Source: a virus
Lineage: Duplodnaviria; Caudoviricetes
Reading direction: 5' to 3' (one strand)
DNA: 54,593 nucleotides
IMG/VR virus record: IMGVR_UViG_3300025769_000151
Coordinates: 1 to 54,593 of that record
Shown in pieces: positions 1-9,587 of the stretch. The translations under genes were made by a program, and so were the position numbers. Each line of letters begins with the position of its first letter. The stretch's first letter is position 1. The notes below the pieces were generated by a model that saw only the letters and a list, made by a program, of their open reading frames with translations, made no database searches and was not told where the DNA came from.

Positions 1-648
1 AAGGTGCGCTCTCTCAAGCTGTCCCCCGAAACCAATGGCACCTACAACCTGCCCGATGACTTTGCAAGCATCGTAAGGGTTGGACTCGCAGGCTCTGACG
101 GGATGTTCTACCCGCTGGCCATGAACAATAACCTCAACATGTCTCAGGCCTACACAAATGTAGATGACCCTGAAGACAGTGATGGTGATGGTTTCTTTGA
201 CAGAGTAGATGACACAACAGGAAGTGGCGGCGGTATCCTTGGTGAGGAGGAGGCAATGCTCTTCAACAACTACGCCTACAACCAAGCTGTGGGGAGAACC
301 TACGGTCTCGGTGGCGGCATCTACGCAGGCGAGTACAGACTGAACAGAGACCAGAACAGGCTTGAGACAGACTCAGGTACGACTGGTGTAATCGTGGTAG
401 AGTACGTGGCAGATGAGGCTAGAGCCAAAGACCCTCAAGTTCCTGTGGAAGCAGAGGAGGCTCTTCGCGCATACATGTACTTCCGAATCATCGAGCGCAA
501 GAGAGGCGTCCCCAATGTGGAGAAGTCCCGCGCAAGACAGGAATACTACAACGAAAGACGCAAGGCTAACGCACGTATGAGAACCTTCAACAAGGATGAG
601 GCATTGCGCGTGATTCGTAAGAACTTCAAGCAAGCGCCTAAGTACTGA
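1..648 (+). CDS. Tail tubular/ring protein (5'-truncated)
   Basis: Frame is open from base 1. It lies directly upstream of, and is coupled (TGATG) to, the large tail stabilisation gene, the usual podovirus/crAss-like order. Basic helical C-terminus. Confidence 0.6.
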   Translation, partial: KVRSLKLSPETNGTYNLPDDFASIVRVGLAGSDGMFYPLAMNNNLNMSQAYTNVDDPEDSDGDGFFDRVDDTTGSGGGILGEEEAMLFNNYAYNQAVGRTYGLGGGIYAGEYRLNRDQNRLETDSGTTGVIVVEYVADEARAKDPQVPVEAEEALRAYMYFRIIERKRGVPNVEKSRARQEYYNERRKANARMRTFNKDEALRVIRKNFKQAPKY

Positions 649-3600
649 TGGCTATTGATAAACTGACACCTCGTTATCTGAACTTGGATGACGACGAGCG
701 ATTGGTGCAAGCTGTCCAGATGACAGATGCCCTGAATGTCGACATCTCTGTGGACGACGAAGAGGATGCTGGTGTCATCAAGCAGGCTCAGGGAAACAGG
801 CAGGGACGTGCTAGGAACGTTTCTGACAACCTACCCTCAGGGGTTAACCATGTAATCTCCAGCATCAACTACGACGCAGGAGGGGTGGTATTCTACTACG
901 TCTGGAACAGCGATAACGACCACGGCGTCTACATGTACGACACAGCGCAGCACGACTTCGTGAAGTTGTACGAGAGCAGCGCACTTGCTTTTGAGAAGAA
1001 CTCTCACATCCAGAGCGAGGTTGTGAAGATGGGTAACGGGGACCTCCTGTTGTACTTCACAGATGGTAACACTGAGCCAAAAAAAATAAACGTCAGCAGG
1101 CTTCTATCGGCTTCCTACGACGCATCCATTGATACGTCTACCGTTGCGTTGAATGCAATTACTGTGTGCAAGAGGCCACCAATGAGGCCACCAACCTTTA
1201 CCTTTGTACAGGCTGGCGAGGCTGAGACCGTTGTGAATAGAATCGTCGACAACGTGTTTCAGTTCGCCGCCCAATACGTCTACGTGGACGGAGAGGTGTC
1301 TGCCATCGGGCCTTACTCGAAGCTTTCGTATTACGAAGACCACTTCAACCCAACAGGCACCATGACCGACCTGTACCTGACGCAGTTTGATGCGATTGAG
1401 GTCTCGGTTGAAAAGGCTGGGCTGAACGACGACACTGGCGCGAATGTAGACGGAGATGTAAAAGCTGTACGGTTCCTTGCGAGGAACGGAAACACTGGGG
1501 CTTGGCATGTCTTTGGTGAGAGGAACACCTCTTACAATAGCACCGTTGCACAAGACACCTTTACAAACTCCAAGGCCTATAGGATTATTGGTGACGCAGA
1601 AACAAACAAACTGTTTGACAACGTGCCCTACAAGGCTACGTCTCTTTGCGTTGCTGAGAACAGGCTGTTCTTCGGGAACTACGTGGATGGTTACGACGCC
1701 ACGACTTGGCCAAATGTAATTAAGAAGAATGCAGGCCTGAGCACCCACTCTTTCCCTGTGGAAACAGGCATTGAGGAACTCGCGGTCAACCTAGGTGGCG
1801 ACGACTTCCCCGCTAACTATCTAAACGAGATAGAACATGCCTACAGGTCTCTTGAGACGCACAGGCAGCAGTACGAACCATTTGTAGCGATGGAGCCTCG
1901 TTCTGAAAATAGTCTTGCACAAGACCCAAACCTCGGCACTGCAGATAGCTTGGGTGGGTACTTCGTGCAGGCGAAGGGCTCTAACTCCCCCGACGACTCG
2001 GGTGAGTTTTTTGGCGGAGATACAACCAAAGTGCCTTGGGCTATTTCAAGTTCGGGTGACACAGGCGAAGCCGGACCAATCGAACCCAACATGGCTTGGG
2101 GTATGGGCAACTCAAACCGAATCGAAGTCGTACTTGACATGGACCAAATCCCTGTTGATGGATATGGTGTTTCTGGTCAGGTAGGTCTTACTTGGGCTGT
2201 TGAAGGTTCAAGGGCTATGATTATCCCAAACTACCGAAACCAAACGGGAAAGATAGAGTACGATAGAAGGTTCAAACCATTCCCCGAGGGCACAGAAACT
2301 GGCTCAGACAACTCTGTACAGACGGAGAAGTTTAAGCTTTTTCACGGGGGTGACTCAATCGCCTCAGCCGATGACCTTAACCTAGACGAAAATGTTTATG
2401 GATACTTCAAGGTCTGTGGTATTGCAGGTATCAACTGGGGTTCCGGAACTGACCAGAGTGTAACGATTGACACTCAAGCCGCCATGACAAGGACCGAGAT
2501 TGCTCAGGCTCTCGCTGACAAAATTATGGAACAGCAGGTGGGCTTCGCTGTAGGCGGAAACGCTTTTGCTACAGCCCACGGAAACCACTACAGGAGAAAC
2601 GTCGCTTTGTTCGCTACGATTGACAGAAATGACCAGTCAAAGATGTGCAGGTACCTCCTGACGAACAATGGCAACAACAACGGTCAGGCGATGAACTTTA
2701 GAGCTACTACGGCTTTTGTAGTAGGCGCAGGTGGCACGAGTGTTCAACTGCACGTTCAGTATCAGCTCGACTCTCTGAACATGACATTCAACAGAGTTGC
2801 ACATGCAGGACCAGCAATTCGTGTCACAGGAGCGGGCGGTGTTGGTGGGCTTCAGCAGCAGTTGCAGCCTCAAGGGCTAGACACGACAACACCCCTTGAG
2901 GACGGTAACATCGTCTTGGAGATGACCAGAACTGGGAATGGCATTGACGGGGCTGAGGGCGGAGGAGGAGCAGAGGACCTGTACCATAGTGCAATTCTAG
3001 ACTGGAACTCTAGCGAAAAGGAGGGGAATATATCTTTCACCACTAGCGTATCTAGCGCTGGCGACATCGGAGTCAACAGGCTCACGTTTAGGTCAGGCGC
3101 CCACCACCCACTTGGCGTCGTCTTCTATGACCACAGAAACAGAAGCAGCAATGTAAACCTGCTTCCAGAATCTTACGTCCCGTTCTCAGGTTCAGCAGAC
3201 TCACCCGTAGGTAACGGCAGCGATGTCCTTGTACCTTACGACATCGACGTAAACTTCCGCAAAGAGTTCATTCCGGACTGGGCTGAGAGGTATCAAATCG
3301 TCTACGCAGGCAACTCACTCTTCTCGGACAGCTTGACTGTGACTGTTGGTGAGGCCTTGGTCGCGGATATGTCGAAGGTTGTCATTAGAGACCCGTCCTT
3401 CAGTGATGGGGATGACGTCGACGCAGACTCTCTCGAGGAGGGTGTAACTGACGAAACCAACTTTGGCAACTTCCCCAGCATGGCGGTCGCTGAGTCTGTG
3501 GGTATCATCAACAATGCCATCTACCTCCCGATGAGATTCTTCGAGGGTAAGGTTGACTCTTACAAGGAGTCCAAGAGCGCAAGACTTAACTACGAGTTTA

Positions 3601-6425
3601 GGCCGGGCGACAAGCTTAGGATTATTAGCTACGCTGCGGCTGGACAGGATGATGTCTTGTCTAACGCCTTCCCCAAGAACTACTTCTTTGACGTGCTTGG
3701 CTACAAGTACTTTGAGGCGAACTCCGACCAAAACGTATTGGTCCTCCCCAACCAAGAGGACGGAAACTTTACAGCAGAAGGTGAGTACCGCCGCTCTGGA
3801 TGGATGTTGATTCTTAGGGGTGACAACGTGCAGTACCCGGGCTTTAGACCTGATGATGTTAGAAACCAGAACTCTACTGTCAACCGATGGGGTCAAGACG
3901 TCCGCGTTGAAATCCTTAGGCCGCGTGTTGATGTTGTCGATGAGGACAGAGTCTACTACGAGATTGGGGAGTCATTCCCTGTAGGTAAGGATTCAAAGCA
4001 GCCAAATAGTTACAACAACGAGTTCCCAGTCGTCTTTTCTCCCGGTAGTGAATCCAACGGGACGTATAGGGTTAAAACAATTCAGCGCTTGTTTAGGGGC
4101 GATGAGTTCTATGCAATCAAGCTTGCCACCGAAGCCGACGTGGCGGCTGACAATGGGGATAACCCACTGAACTACTTCTTTGGATTTAACGACCCACCTA
4201 CAGGCTTGGGTGGCGACCCGCTCAATGCGAACGACGACGCCGAGTCAAACGTGTACACGGTAGGCAGGGTTCTAGGAAGATTTTACGACCAATCACTTGA
4301 CTACGAGTATTACGAGTACGAGGTTTTTGAAAGTAAGCCGTACACAGGTTCCGGTTCGCTAGGACCCAGCCCGGACCCGTTCCAAATCTTTACGGAGCCG
4401 TTTGCAGCAAACCCTGAGGGATTCCCAATCAGCTCCACGGCCGCCATGTGTGAGTTCGTGATGAACAACAGATTCGTCAATGTGCATCTTACCGACCAAG
4501 GTGACACGTACTTCAGGCAACGAGACATGCGTACCTCTGCTGTCATCGGAGGCTCCTATGACCCGGGCCAGCTGACCAATGCTACGGATGCGAACTTCAT
4601 TCGTAGAAACATCGAGGACCCCGGGTTCAACGACTTCTTGCCGTCTACGGTAACTAGGAACTATCACTTTGGAAGACCACACATCTTTAGCCCTGAAGAG
4701 CAGACCAGTGTGCGCTCATCTTCTGTAACGTACAGCGACCCCTACGCATCTGACGGGGAGGTATTGGCACTGTCCAGCTTCAACCCATCAATGTTCCCAT
4801 TCAAGGACTACAACCTCAGGTACGGCGGTATTCAGAGAATGTTTGACATGGGCGGCGGCATCGCCATGCTTCACGAGAGAAAGGTGTCATCGACTCCTGT
4901 AAGCAAGGACTACTTGTCTACAGCAGATGGCGGCATGATGATTGCTTCCAACAAAGTTCTTGGCACCGAGCGGTACTACGCAGGGGAGCACGGCATCGGC
5001 AAGTACAGCAAGGGGGCGGTTTCGCATGGCGGGGCCATCTTCTTTGTGGATGTCGAGATGGGTACTGTGTGTATGCTTGGTGGCAACGGCATTCAGGTCA
5101 TTAGCGACAGGAAGGTTGACTCTTACTTCAAGGATAGGCTTGAGAGAGTTCAAGGCGCGATGATGTACGCGGCCACGCTGATTGGTGTTCACCCCGACAA
5201 CAAGGAAATCATCGTAGCTGTCAACAGCAGAGCCAGAAGAGACATCCGTGTCGACGGCATAGCCTATGGTAGAAACCTTCCTGTGGATGGGGACGACAAC
5301 ACCAAGTTCGACCTGACGATGATGCAGAAAGTCTACAAGATTGCAGGCTCTCCTCTGGACATTGTTAACGAAAGACAAAACTGGGAAGACGTATTTATGG
5401 ATTGGGGCGAAGCAGGTAAGGGTGTAGTGCTTGTGGACCAGCCACGCGAGCTGGGCTACGTGGACGCAGGCCTTTCCGGCAAAGTGACCCACGACTTCCT
5501 TGTGACAGATAAGGACAGCAACTTTGCTGCTAAGATGACTCAGGGCATTCGCTCTCGGCTTGGAACACTCGACGAGACAGCGGGCGGGGCTAGGGATAGC
5601 GGGGGCTCAGGGCAGGCTTCAAAGGGCACCGTGGCAGGTGCCGAGCGAGGCTCCATCGGGTACAACTATGAGTCCAAGGTGTGGACGTCCAAGTACTCGT
5701 TTGAGCCAGAGGACATCGTCAGCATCTTCGAGGACTTCCTGACATTCAGCAGCGGTTCTCCGTGGAGGCATGATGACTTGGGTACGGTAAACAACTACTA
5801 TGGCGTGCAGTACACGTCTGTTGTGGAGGCCATCTCAAAGATGAATCCTTCTATGGTGAAGCTGTACAAGGCGCTGAGCCTTGAAGGTAACTCTGTATGG
5901 TCTGCCGAGCTGTCTAACTCTGACCAGTCATCAACCATTACGGTTGACATGTGGAAAGACCAAAACATTGACGGTACACTCAGGGCTGGCGATGGATTCA
6001 GAGAGGGTATGCTGTACTGCAACATGCCGGGTGACACCAGCACGTCAAGCCATCTCGATGAGATTACGATTGGTGAGGTGACCGACGTAACCACACCGGG
6101 AGAGATTAAATTCAAGGGCAGGGTCAACAACATCCCGTTCAACTCAGGGGACAGGCTGTTCCTTGCCGATGGTACAGACACCACCCGAACAATCACAAGT
6201 GTCAAAGACAGAAACACCCTCAACGTCAGTGCAAACACTGGCATCAATGTGGGTGACATCCTTGTCGCGCAGAGCAGGGCAGACGCATCGCACATTGCAG
6301 GTGACCGCCTGAGAGACTACTATCTAAAAATTAAACTGACAAACTCTTCTACCACGAAGGACGAGCTCTACGCCATCAACGCGATTTACGAGCGCTCACG
6401 CCTTCATAACGACAGAGTTAACTAA
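648..6425 (+). CDS. Large tail stabilisation/nozzle protein (crAss-like muzzle, P22 gp10 analogue) with insertions
   Basis: 1925 aa. Starts LNLDDDERLV..DALNV; contains YFTDGNTEPKKINV, FQFAAQYVYVDGE.SA, FDNVP.KA...ENRLFFGNYVDGY and a C-terminal KLYKALSLEG...GDRLRDYYLKIKL, motifs I recognise from this class of beta-propeller tail proteins. Confidence 0.7.
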   Translation: MAIDKLTPRYLNLDDDERLVQAVQMTDALNVDISVDDEEDAGVIKQAQGNRQGRARNVSDNLPSGVNHVISSINYDAGGVVFYYVWNSDNDHGVYMYDTAQHDFVKLYESSALAFEKNSHIQSEVVKMGNGDLLLYFTDGNTEPKKINVSRLLSASYDASIDTSTVALNAITVCKRPPMRPPTFTFVQAGEAETVVNRIVDNVFQFAAQYVYVDGEVSAIGPYSKLSYYEDHFNPTGTMTDLYLTQFDAIEVSVEKAGLNDDTGANVDGDVKAVRFLARNGNTGAWHVFGERNTSYNSTVAQDTFTNSKAYRIIGDAETNKLFDNVPYKATSLCVAENRLFFGNYVDGYDATTWPNVIKKNAGLSTHSFPVETGIEELAVNLGGDDFPANYLNEIEHAYRSLETHRQQYEPFVAMEPRSENSLAQDPNLGTADSLGGYFVQAKGSNSPDDSGEFFGGDTTKVPWAISSSGDTGEAGPIEPNMAWGMGNSNRIEVVLDMDQIPVDGYGVSGQVGLTWAVEGSRAMIIPNYRNQTGKIEYDRRFKPFPEGTETGSDNSVQTEKFKLFHGGDSIASADDLNLDENVYGYFKVCGIAGINWGSGTDQSVTIDTQAAMTRTEIAQALADKIMEQQVGFAVGGNAFATAHGNHYRRNVALFATIDRNDQSKMCRYLLTNNGNNNGQAMNFRATTAFVVGAGGTSVQLHVQYQLDSLNMTFNRVAHAGPAIRVTGAGGVGGLQQQLQPQGLDTTTPLEDGNIVLEMTRTGNGIDGAEGGGGAEDLYHSAILDWNSSEKEGNISFTTSVSSAGDIGVNRLTFRSGAHHPLGVVFYDHRNRSSNVNLLPESYVPFSGSADSPVGNGSDVLVPYDIDVNFRKEFIPDWAERYQIVYAGNSLFSDSLTVTVGEALVADMSKVVIRDPSFSDGDDVDADSLEEGVTDETNFGNFPSMAVAESVGIINNAIYLPMRFFEGKVDSYKESKSARLNYEFRPGDKLRIISYAAAGQDDVLSNAFPKNYFFDVLGYKYFEANSDQNVLVLPNQEDGNFTAEGEYRRSGWMLILRGDNVQYPGFRPDDVRNQNSTVNRWGQDVRVEILRPRVDVVDEDRVYYEIGESFPVGKDSKQPNSYNNEFPVVFSPGSESNGTYRVKTIQRLFRGDEFYAIKLATEADVAADNGDNPLNYFFGFNDPPTGLGGDPLNANDDAESNVYTVGRVLGRFYDQSLDYEYYEYEVFESKPYTGSGSLGPSPDPFQIFTEPFAANPEGFPISSTAAMCEFVMNNRFVNVHLTDQGDTYFRQRDMRTSAVIGGSYDPGQLTNATDANFIRRNIEDPGFNDFLPSTVTRNYHFGRPHIFSPEEQTSVRSSSVTYSDPYASDGEVLALSSFNPSMFPFKDYNLRYGGIQRMFDMGGGIAMLHERKVSSTPVSKDYLSTADGGMMIASNKVLGTERYYAGEHGIGKYSKGAVSHGGAIFFVDVEMGTVCMLGGNGIQVISDRKVDSYFKDRLERVQGAMMYAATLIGVHPDNKEIIVAVNSRARRDIRVDGIAYGRNLPVDGDDNTKFDLTMMQKVYKIAGSPLDIVNERQNWEDVFMDWGEAGKGVVLVDQPRELGYVDAGLSGKVTHDFLVTDKDSNFAAKMTQGIRSRLGTLDETAGGARDSGGSGQASKGTVAGAERGSIGYNYESKVWTSKYSFEPEDIVSIFEDFLTFSSGSPWRHDDLGTVNNYYGVQYTSVVEAISKMNPSMVKLYKALSLEGNSVWSAELSNSDQSSTITVDMWKDQNIDGTLRAGDGFREGMLYCNMPGDTSTSSHLDEITIGEVTDVTTPGEIKFKGRVNNIPFNSGDRLFLADGTDTTRTITSVKDRNTLNVSANTGINVGDILVAQSRADASHIAGDRLRDYYLKIKLTNSSTTKDELYAINAIYERSRLHNDRVN

Positions 6426-6430
6426 CTTTG
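6423..6430 (+). promoter_or_regulatory. Bacteroidota-type -7 promoter box TAACTTTG
   Basis: Matches TAnnTTTG; 4 nt upstream of the ATG at 6435. Confidence 0.6.
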
Positions 6431-6434
6431 CAGT

Positions 6435-7778
6435 ATGGCCAACTTTAAGTACGGTAATCCATATACGCCCGGCACAGCGGAGTTCTATGCCTATCAAAAC
6501 GCCGATGTAGCCCCTGACCTTGGGTTCAGCATGGCTCCCAGAATTGCTGGCCCTAGGCCTGAGCTGGGCCTCGCTCCATACGGACCGGGCTATGCCTCAA
6601 CGTACCCTAACCCGGGCGGGGTTGACAGCGGTCAAGACTTGCCCATGATGTACGGGTATGAAAGCACCATCGGCGTACCGCAGGCTCAAGTTGACCCAAT
6701 GTCAATCAGCCCCGGAGGGACAAACGAAATCGTTGGCGCACCTCAGACAGACTACTCAGGTGGGTTTGATACAAGCGCAATGACTTACGCGGACCAAGGC
6801 ATGTTTGACGACCAAGGCGGATTCCTTGGGGTTGACTTCAACATGGATGGTCAGCGCTCTGAGATTGGCGCACCAGTCACAGAGACCCCACCCGAGCTTA
6901 GGTCGGGAGACGCCACAGGCACGGCAGCTACAGGGACAGCAGCGGCAGCCGCAAGTACTGAAAGCGAAAAAGGAGGAGACGGTTTGGCAAAGGCTGCAGG
7001 TGCAGCCAGTGGAGTTGGTCAGATTGTAGGTGGCGTTACCAACATTGTCATGGGGGCAAGAGCCCTCAAAGATGTAGACATCGCAGGGGCAGAGGCAGGC
7101 GTCAGAGACGCTTACGCCACCCGCCCCGGGCTCGGCACACCCGTCGAGTTCTACAACATGCAGAAGGAGGCCTACGACCAAAGGCTTATGGCCATGAGGT
7201 TGGAGGACATTAACCGTGGGCTGGCTACTAACGTAGCGGCAGCTCAGCAGTACGGAGCTCGTGGACTGGGCGCAACATTGGCCGCCACAGCCCAAGCACA
7301 ACGCGCTCAACAGCAAGAGGTTCTGCAGCAGCAGAGACTTCAGACCAGCGCACTTGGCACTTTGGCTCAGGCCAGAGAGCGTGAGATTCAGAGAAGAGAG
7401 CAGCGTGCTACCTTCGACATCGGTATGGCTTACGACAATCTCAAGGCAGAGCAGGCTAGAGAGCAGTACGCTAGACAGCAAATTGCTCAGGGTATCGTAG
7501 GTACAGCATCAGGCATCGCAAGAACCGCTGTCACGTTCGGCGCAGAACAAGGTGCAAAGGTTACACCGGGAGAGTTTTCTCACGACACCAACCCCATTGA
7601 CATCGTACAGGAGGGAGCTAAGATTGGAGAGATGACAGGTGGCGAGTACATCTTCAACCCACAGCAGGCTGGCCAGATGGCACGCGAAGCCAAGAAGGGC
7701 AACTCACCACTGCATAAGTTCGTTCGCAAGACCCTGAACAAGTTCCACAAAGACGCAGAGAAGTATGAAGGCAAGTAA
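6435..7778 (+). CDS. Putative internal virion/ejection protein
   Basis: 447 aa. Acidic P/G-rich N-half, glycine-zipper segment (AAGAASGVGQIVGGV), Q/A coiled coil and C-terminal GEFSH...GEMTGGEYIFNP domain. Position after tail genes. Confidence 0.55.
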   Translation: MANFKYGNPYTPGTAEFYAYQNADVAPDLGFSMAPRIAGPRPELGLAPYGPGYASTYPNPGGVDSGQDLPMMYGYESTIGVPQAQVDPMSISPGGTNEIVGAPQTDYSGGFDTSAMTYADQGMFDDQGGFLGVDFNMDGQRSEIGAPVTETPPELRSGDATGTAATGTAAAAASTESEKGGDGLAKAAGAASGVGQIVGGVTNIVMGARALKDVDIAGAEAGVRDAYATRPGLGTPVEFYNMQKEAYDQRLMAMRLEDINRGLATNVAAAQQYGARGLGATLAATAQAQRAQQQEVLQQQRLQTSALGTLAQAREREIQRREQRATFDIGMAYDNLKAEQAREQYARQQIAQGIVGTASGIARTAVTFGAEQGAKVTPGEFSHDTNPIDIVQEGAKIGEMTGGEYIFNPQQAGQMAREAKKGNSPLHKFVRKTLNKFHKDAEKYEGK

Positions 7779-9567
7779 GAGAAAATTCAATCAAGGCGGA
7801 TTCTACGAGAACAAAACAGACTTTGTTCTCAAGCCCACTGACTTCGCAGCTCTCGGGGCCAACTACGACCAGTTGACCCTGAAGTACATGGACGCCCAGA
7901 AGAAGGCAAAGCAGGAGCAGGACAAGAAGGCTAGAGAGGGCATCAGAGCATTCGAGAGCCGTACCAAGGTGATGGACCGCCACAACGGCGTGCTTCAGGC
8001 TTCGTACGACATCTTTGAGGAGGCTCGTATTGCGGCTATCAGCAACCCTACTGCGGCAAACAAGCAAGCAGCTGATGAGGCGTACAGCCAGTACTCCGTC
8101 ATCAAGGAGAACGCTGTGGCTATTACGGCTGACTACCAGAAGGAGGTCAACGATTTGAACAAGGGCTCTCTCGACTCAAACCTTCTCGGCACGAGAGCAC
8201 AGGCTGTGACTGAGGCCAAGTCCTTCAACCAAGAGATTCCCTTCCAAGTAGTGGGAGGTAGAATCATGGTTCCGGGAGCAGACGGTGAGCCTGTAGAGTA
8301 CCTGCAGTCTACGTTTGTGAACGAGGGTGTGTTCGGTCAGAACGGAAGAAACTTCATTGCCTCGCGTCGGGCGCCGGGTACGGACTTCATGTTCGCCCCG
8401 CTCAGCGACACCTACGCTAAGCAGCTCGAAGGGGATAGCGACATCTTCGCCATGGTCGGTGACAGAAAAAAGGGCATCAACCCTGAGTACGTCGGTAGCC
8501 GTGTTGCCCAAAGACTCCGCACTGACTTCATGGCCAACCCCGCTGCATTCGTGGACGCTGTGTCTACGCAGTACGGCGCGTTCTCTTACGGAGTGGAGAA
8601 CCTGAATGTCGACAACATGAACAAGGCTACTGCCGACTACGGTGGCATTGACCTGTACTCAGGCAATAAGCTCTTGACAGACTGGGAGCTTGTGTACACT
8701 GAGCCTACAGAAGAGAACCCAGAGGGCAAGTTCAACGTTGCGTTCCCTAACGTAGATGACGCTGTCAGAAGAGACGGCCTAAGCCCACAGACCGCAGCAG
8801 CCATCAAGAACAGGCAGGAGGCGCTGAGCTATCAGATTACCAATACCGCTGACCAGACGTTGTTCAAGCTGAAGAACCAGTTCCAGCCATCACCTCAGGG
8901 TGGAGGCCTTAGCTTCGGTGGAGGATTCAAGAGCCAGAACATCCCGTCGTTCAGAGACACTGACCTGTACACCACTGTTGGTGACAAGCAGCAAACGACA
9001 GGTCAGAAGGGTAGCATCCTTGACTTCCGCAACGCTCCACTCAACTTCCGGTACAAGGATACCAACTCGAAGATTACCAACATCCAGTTCGACGAAAACA
9101 AAAACATCGTTGCGTTTGACATCGAGTCAAAGCCAATGCGAGATGCTTTGGTCAAGGCCTATGGTGAGGAAATCGACAGCTTGGACAGACAGCTTGATAG
9201 AATTACGCTTGGACTGCAAGAGCCGGGAATGCTTTCAGAGGAGAAAGACAGGCTCAAACAAGAGCAGAGCGAGCTCAACCAACAGAGAGACACGTTTGAC
9301 AATGCCCGTAAGTCCATGAGAAGAAAGGATTCTAAGCTTGTCATCCCGAGAACAGGGCTTGGTGGGCAGGAGGGTTCTAACCTCTACATGGCTGGTAACG
9401 TCGCTGACATCCCAACCTTCGATGAGATTCTGAACTCACTGCTTGCTGGTGAAAGCCAGTTGATGGCGTTGATTGCGAAGGAGACGGGGGTAGACCCTGC
9501 AGTCTTCAATGAGGAATACTTCGAGCAAGCTCCGGGTGCAGGTGGGGTCGATGCCTCACAATACTGA
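7765..9567 (+). CDS. Putative internal virion/cargo protein
   Basis: 600 aa, helical/coiled-coil character, between the tail genes and the giant protein. Begins with a KFNQGG motif. Confidence 0.5.
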   Translation: MKASKRKFNQGGFYENKTDFVLKPTDFAALGANYDQLTLKYMDAQKKAKQEQDKKAREGIRAFESRTKVMDRHNGVLQASYDIFEEARIAAISNPTAANKQAADEAYSQYSVIKENAVAITADYQKEVNDLNKGSLDSNLLGTRAQAVTEAKSFNQEIPFQVVGGRIMVPGADGEPVEYLQSTFVNEGVFGQNGRNFIASRRAPGTDFMFAPLSDTYAKQLEGDSDIFAMVGDRKKGINPEYVGSRVAQRLRTDFMANPAAFVDAVSTQYGAFSYGVENLNVDNMNKATADYGGIDLYSGNKLLTDWELVYTEPTEENPEGKFNVAFPNVDDAVRRDGLSPQTAAAIKNRQEALSYQITNTADQTLFKLKNQFQPSPQGGGLSFGGGFKSQNIPSFRDTDLYTTVGDKQQTTGQKGSILDFRNAPLNFRYKDTNSKITNIQFDENKNIVAFDIESKPMRDALVKAYGEEIDSLDRQLDRITLGLQEPGMLSEEKDRLKQEQSELNQQRDTFDNARKSMRRKDSKLVIPRTGLGGQEGSNLYMAGNVADIPTFDEILNSLLAGESQLMALIAKETGVDPAVFNEEYFEQAPGAGGVDASQY

Positions 9568-9575
9568 TAATTTAG

Positions 9576-9583
9576 TATTTTAG
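9576..9583 (+). promoter_or_regulatory. Variant -7 promoter box TATTTTAG
   Basis: One mismatch from TAnnTTTG; same 4-nt spacing to the ATG (9588) as the boxes at 6423 and 21785. Confidence 0.45.
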
Positions 9584-9587
9584 CAGA

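Noticed and set aside
6465-6490. PGTAEF hexapeptide shared between the 447-aa and 1451-aa proteins
   Set aside because: A single short match with no flanking similarity; chance cannot be excluded.
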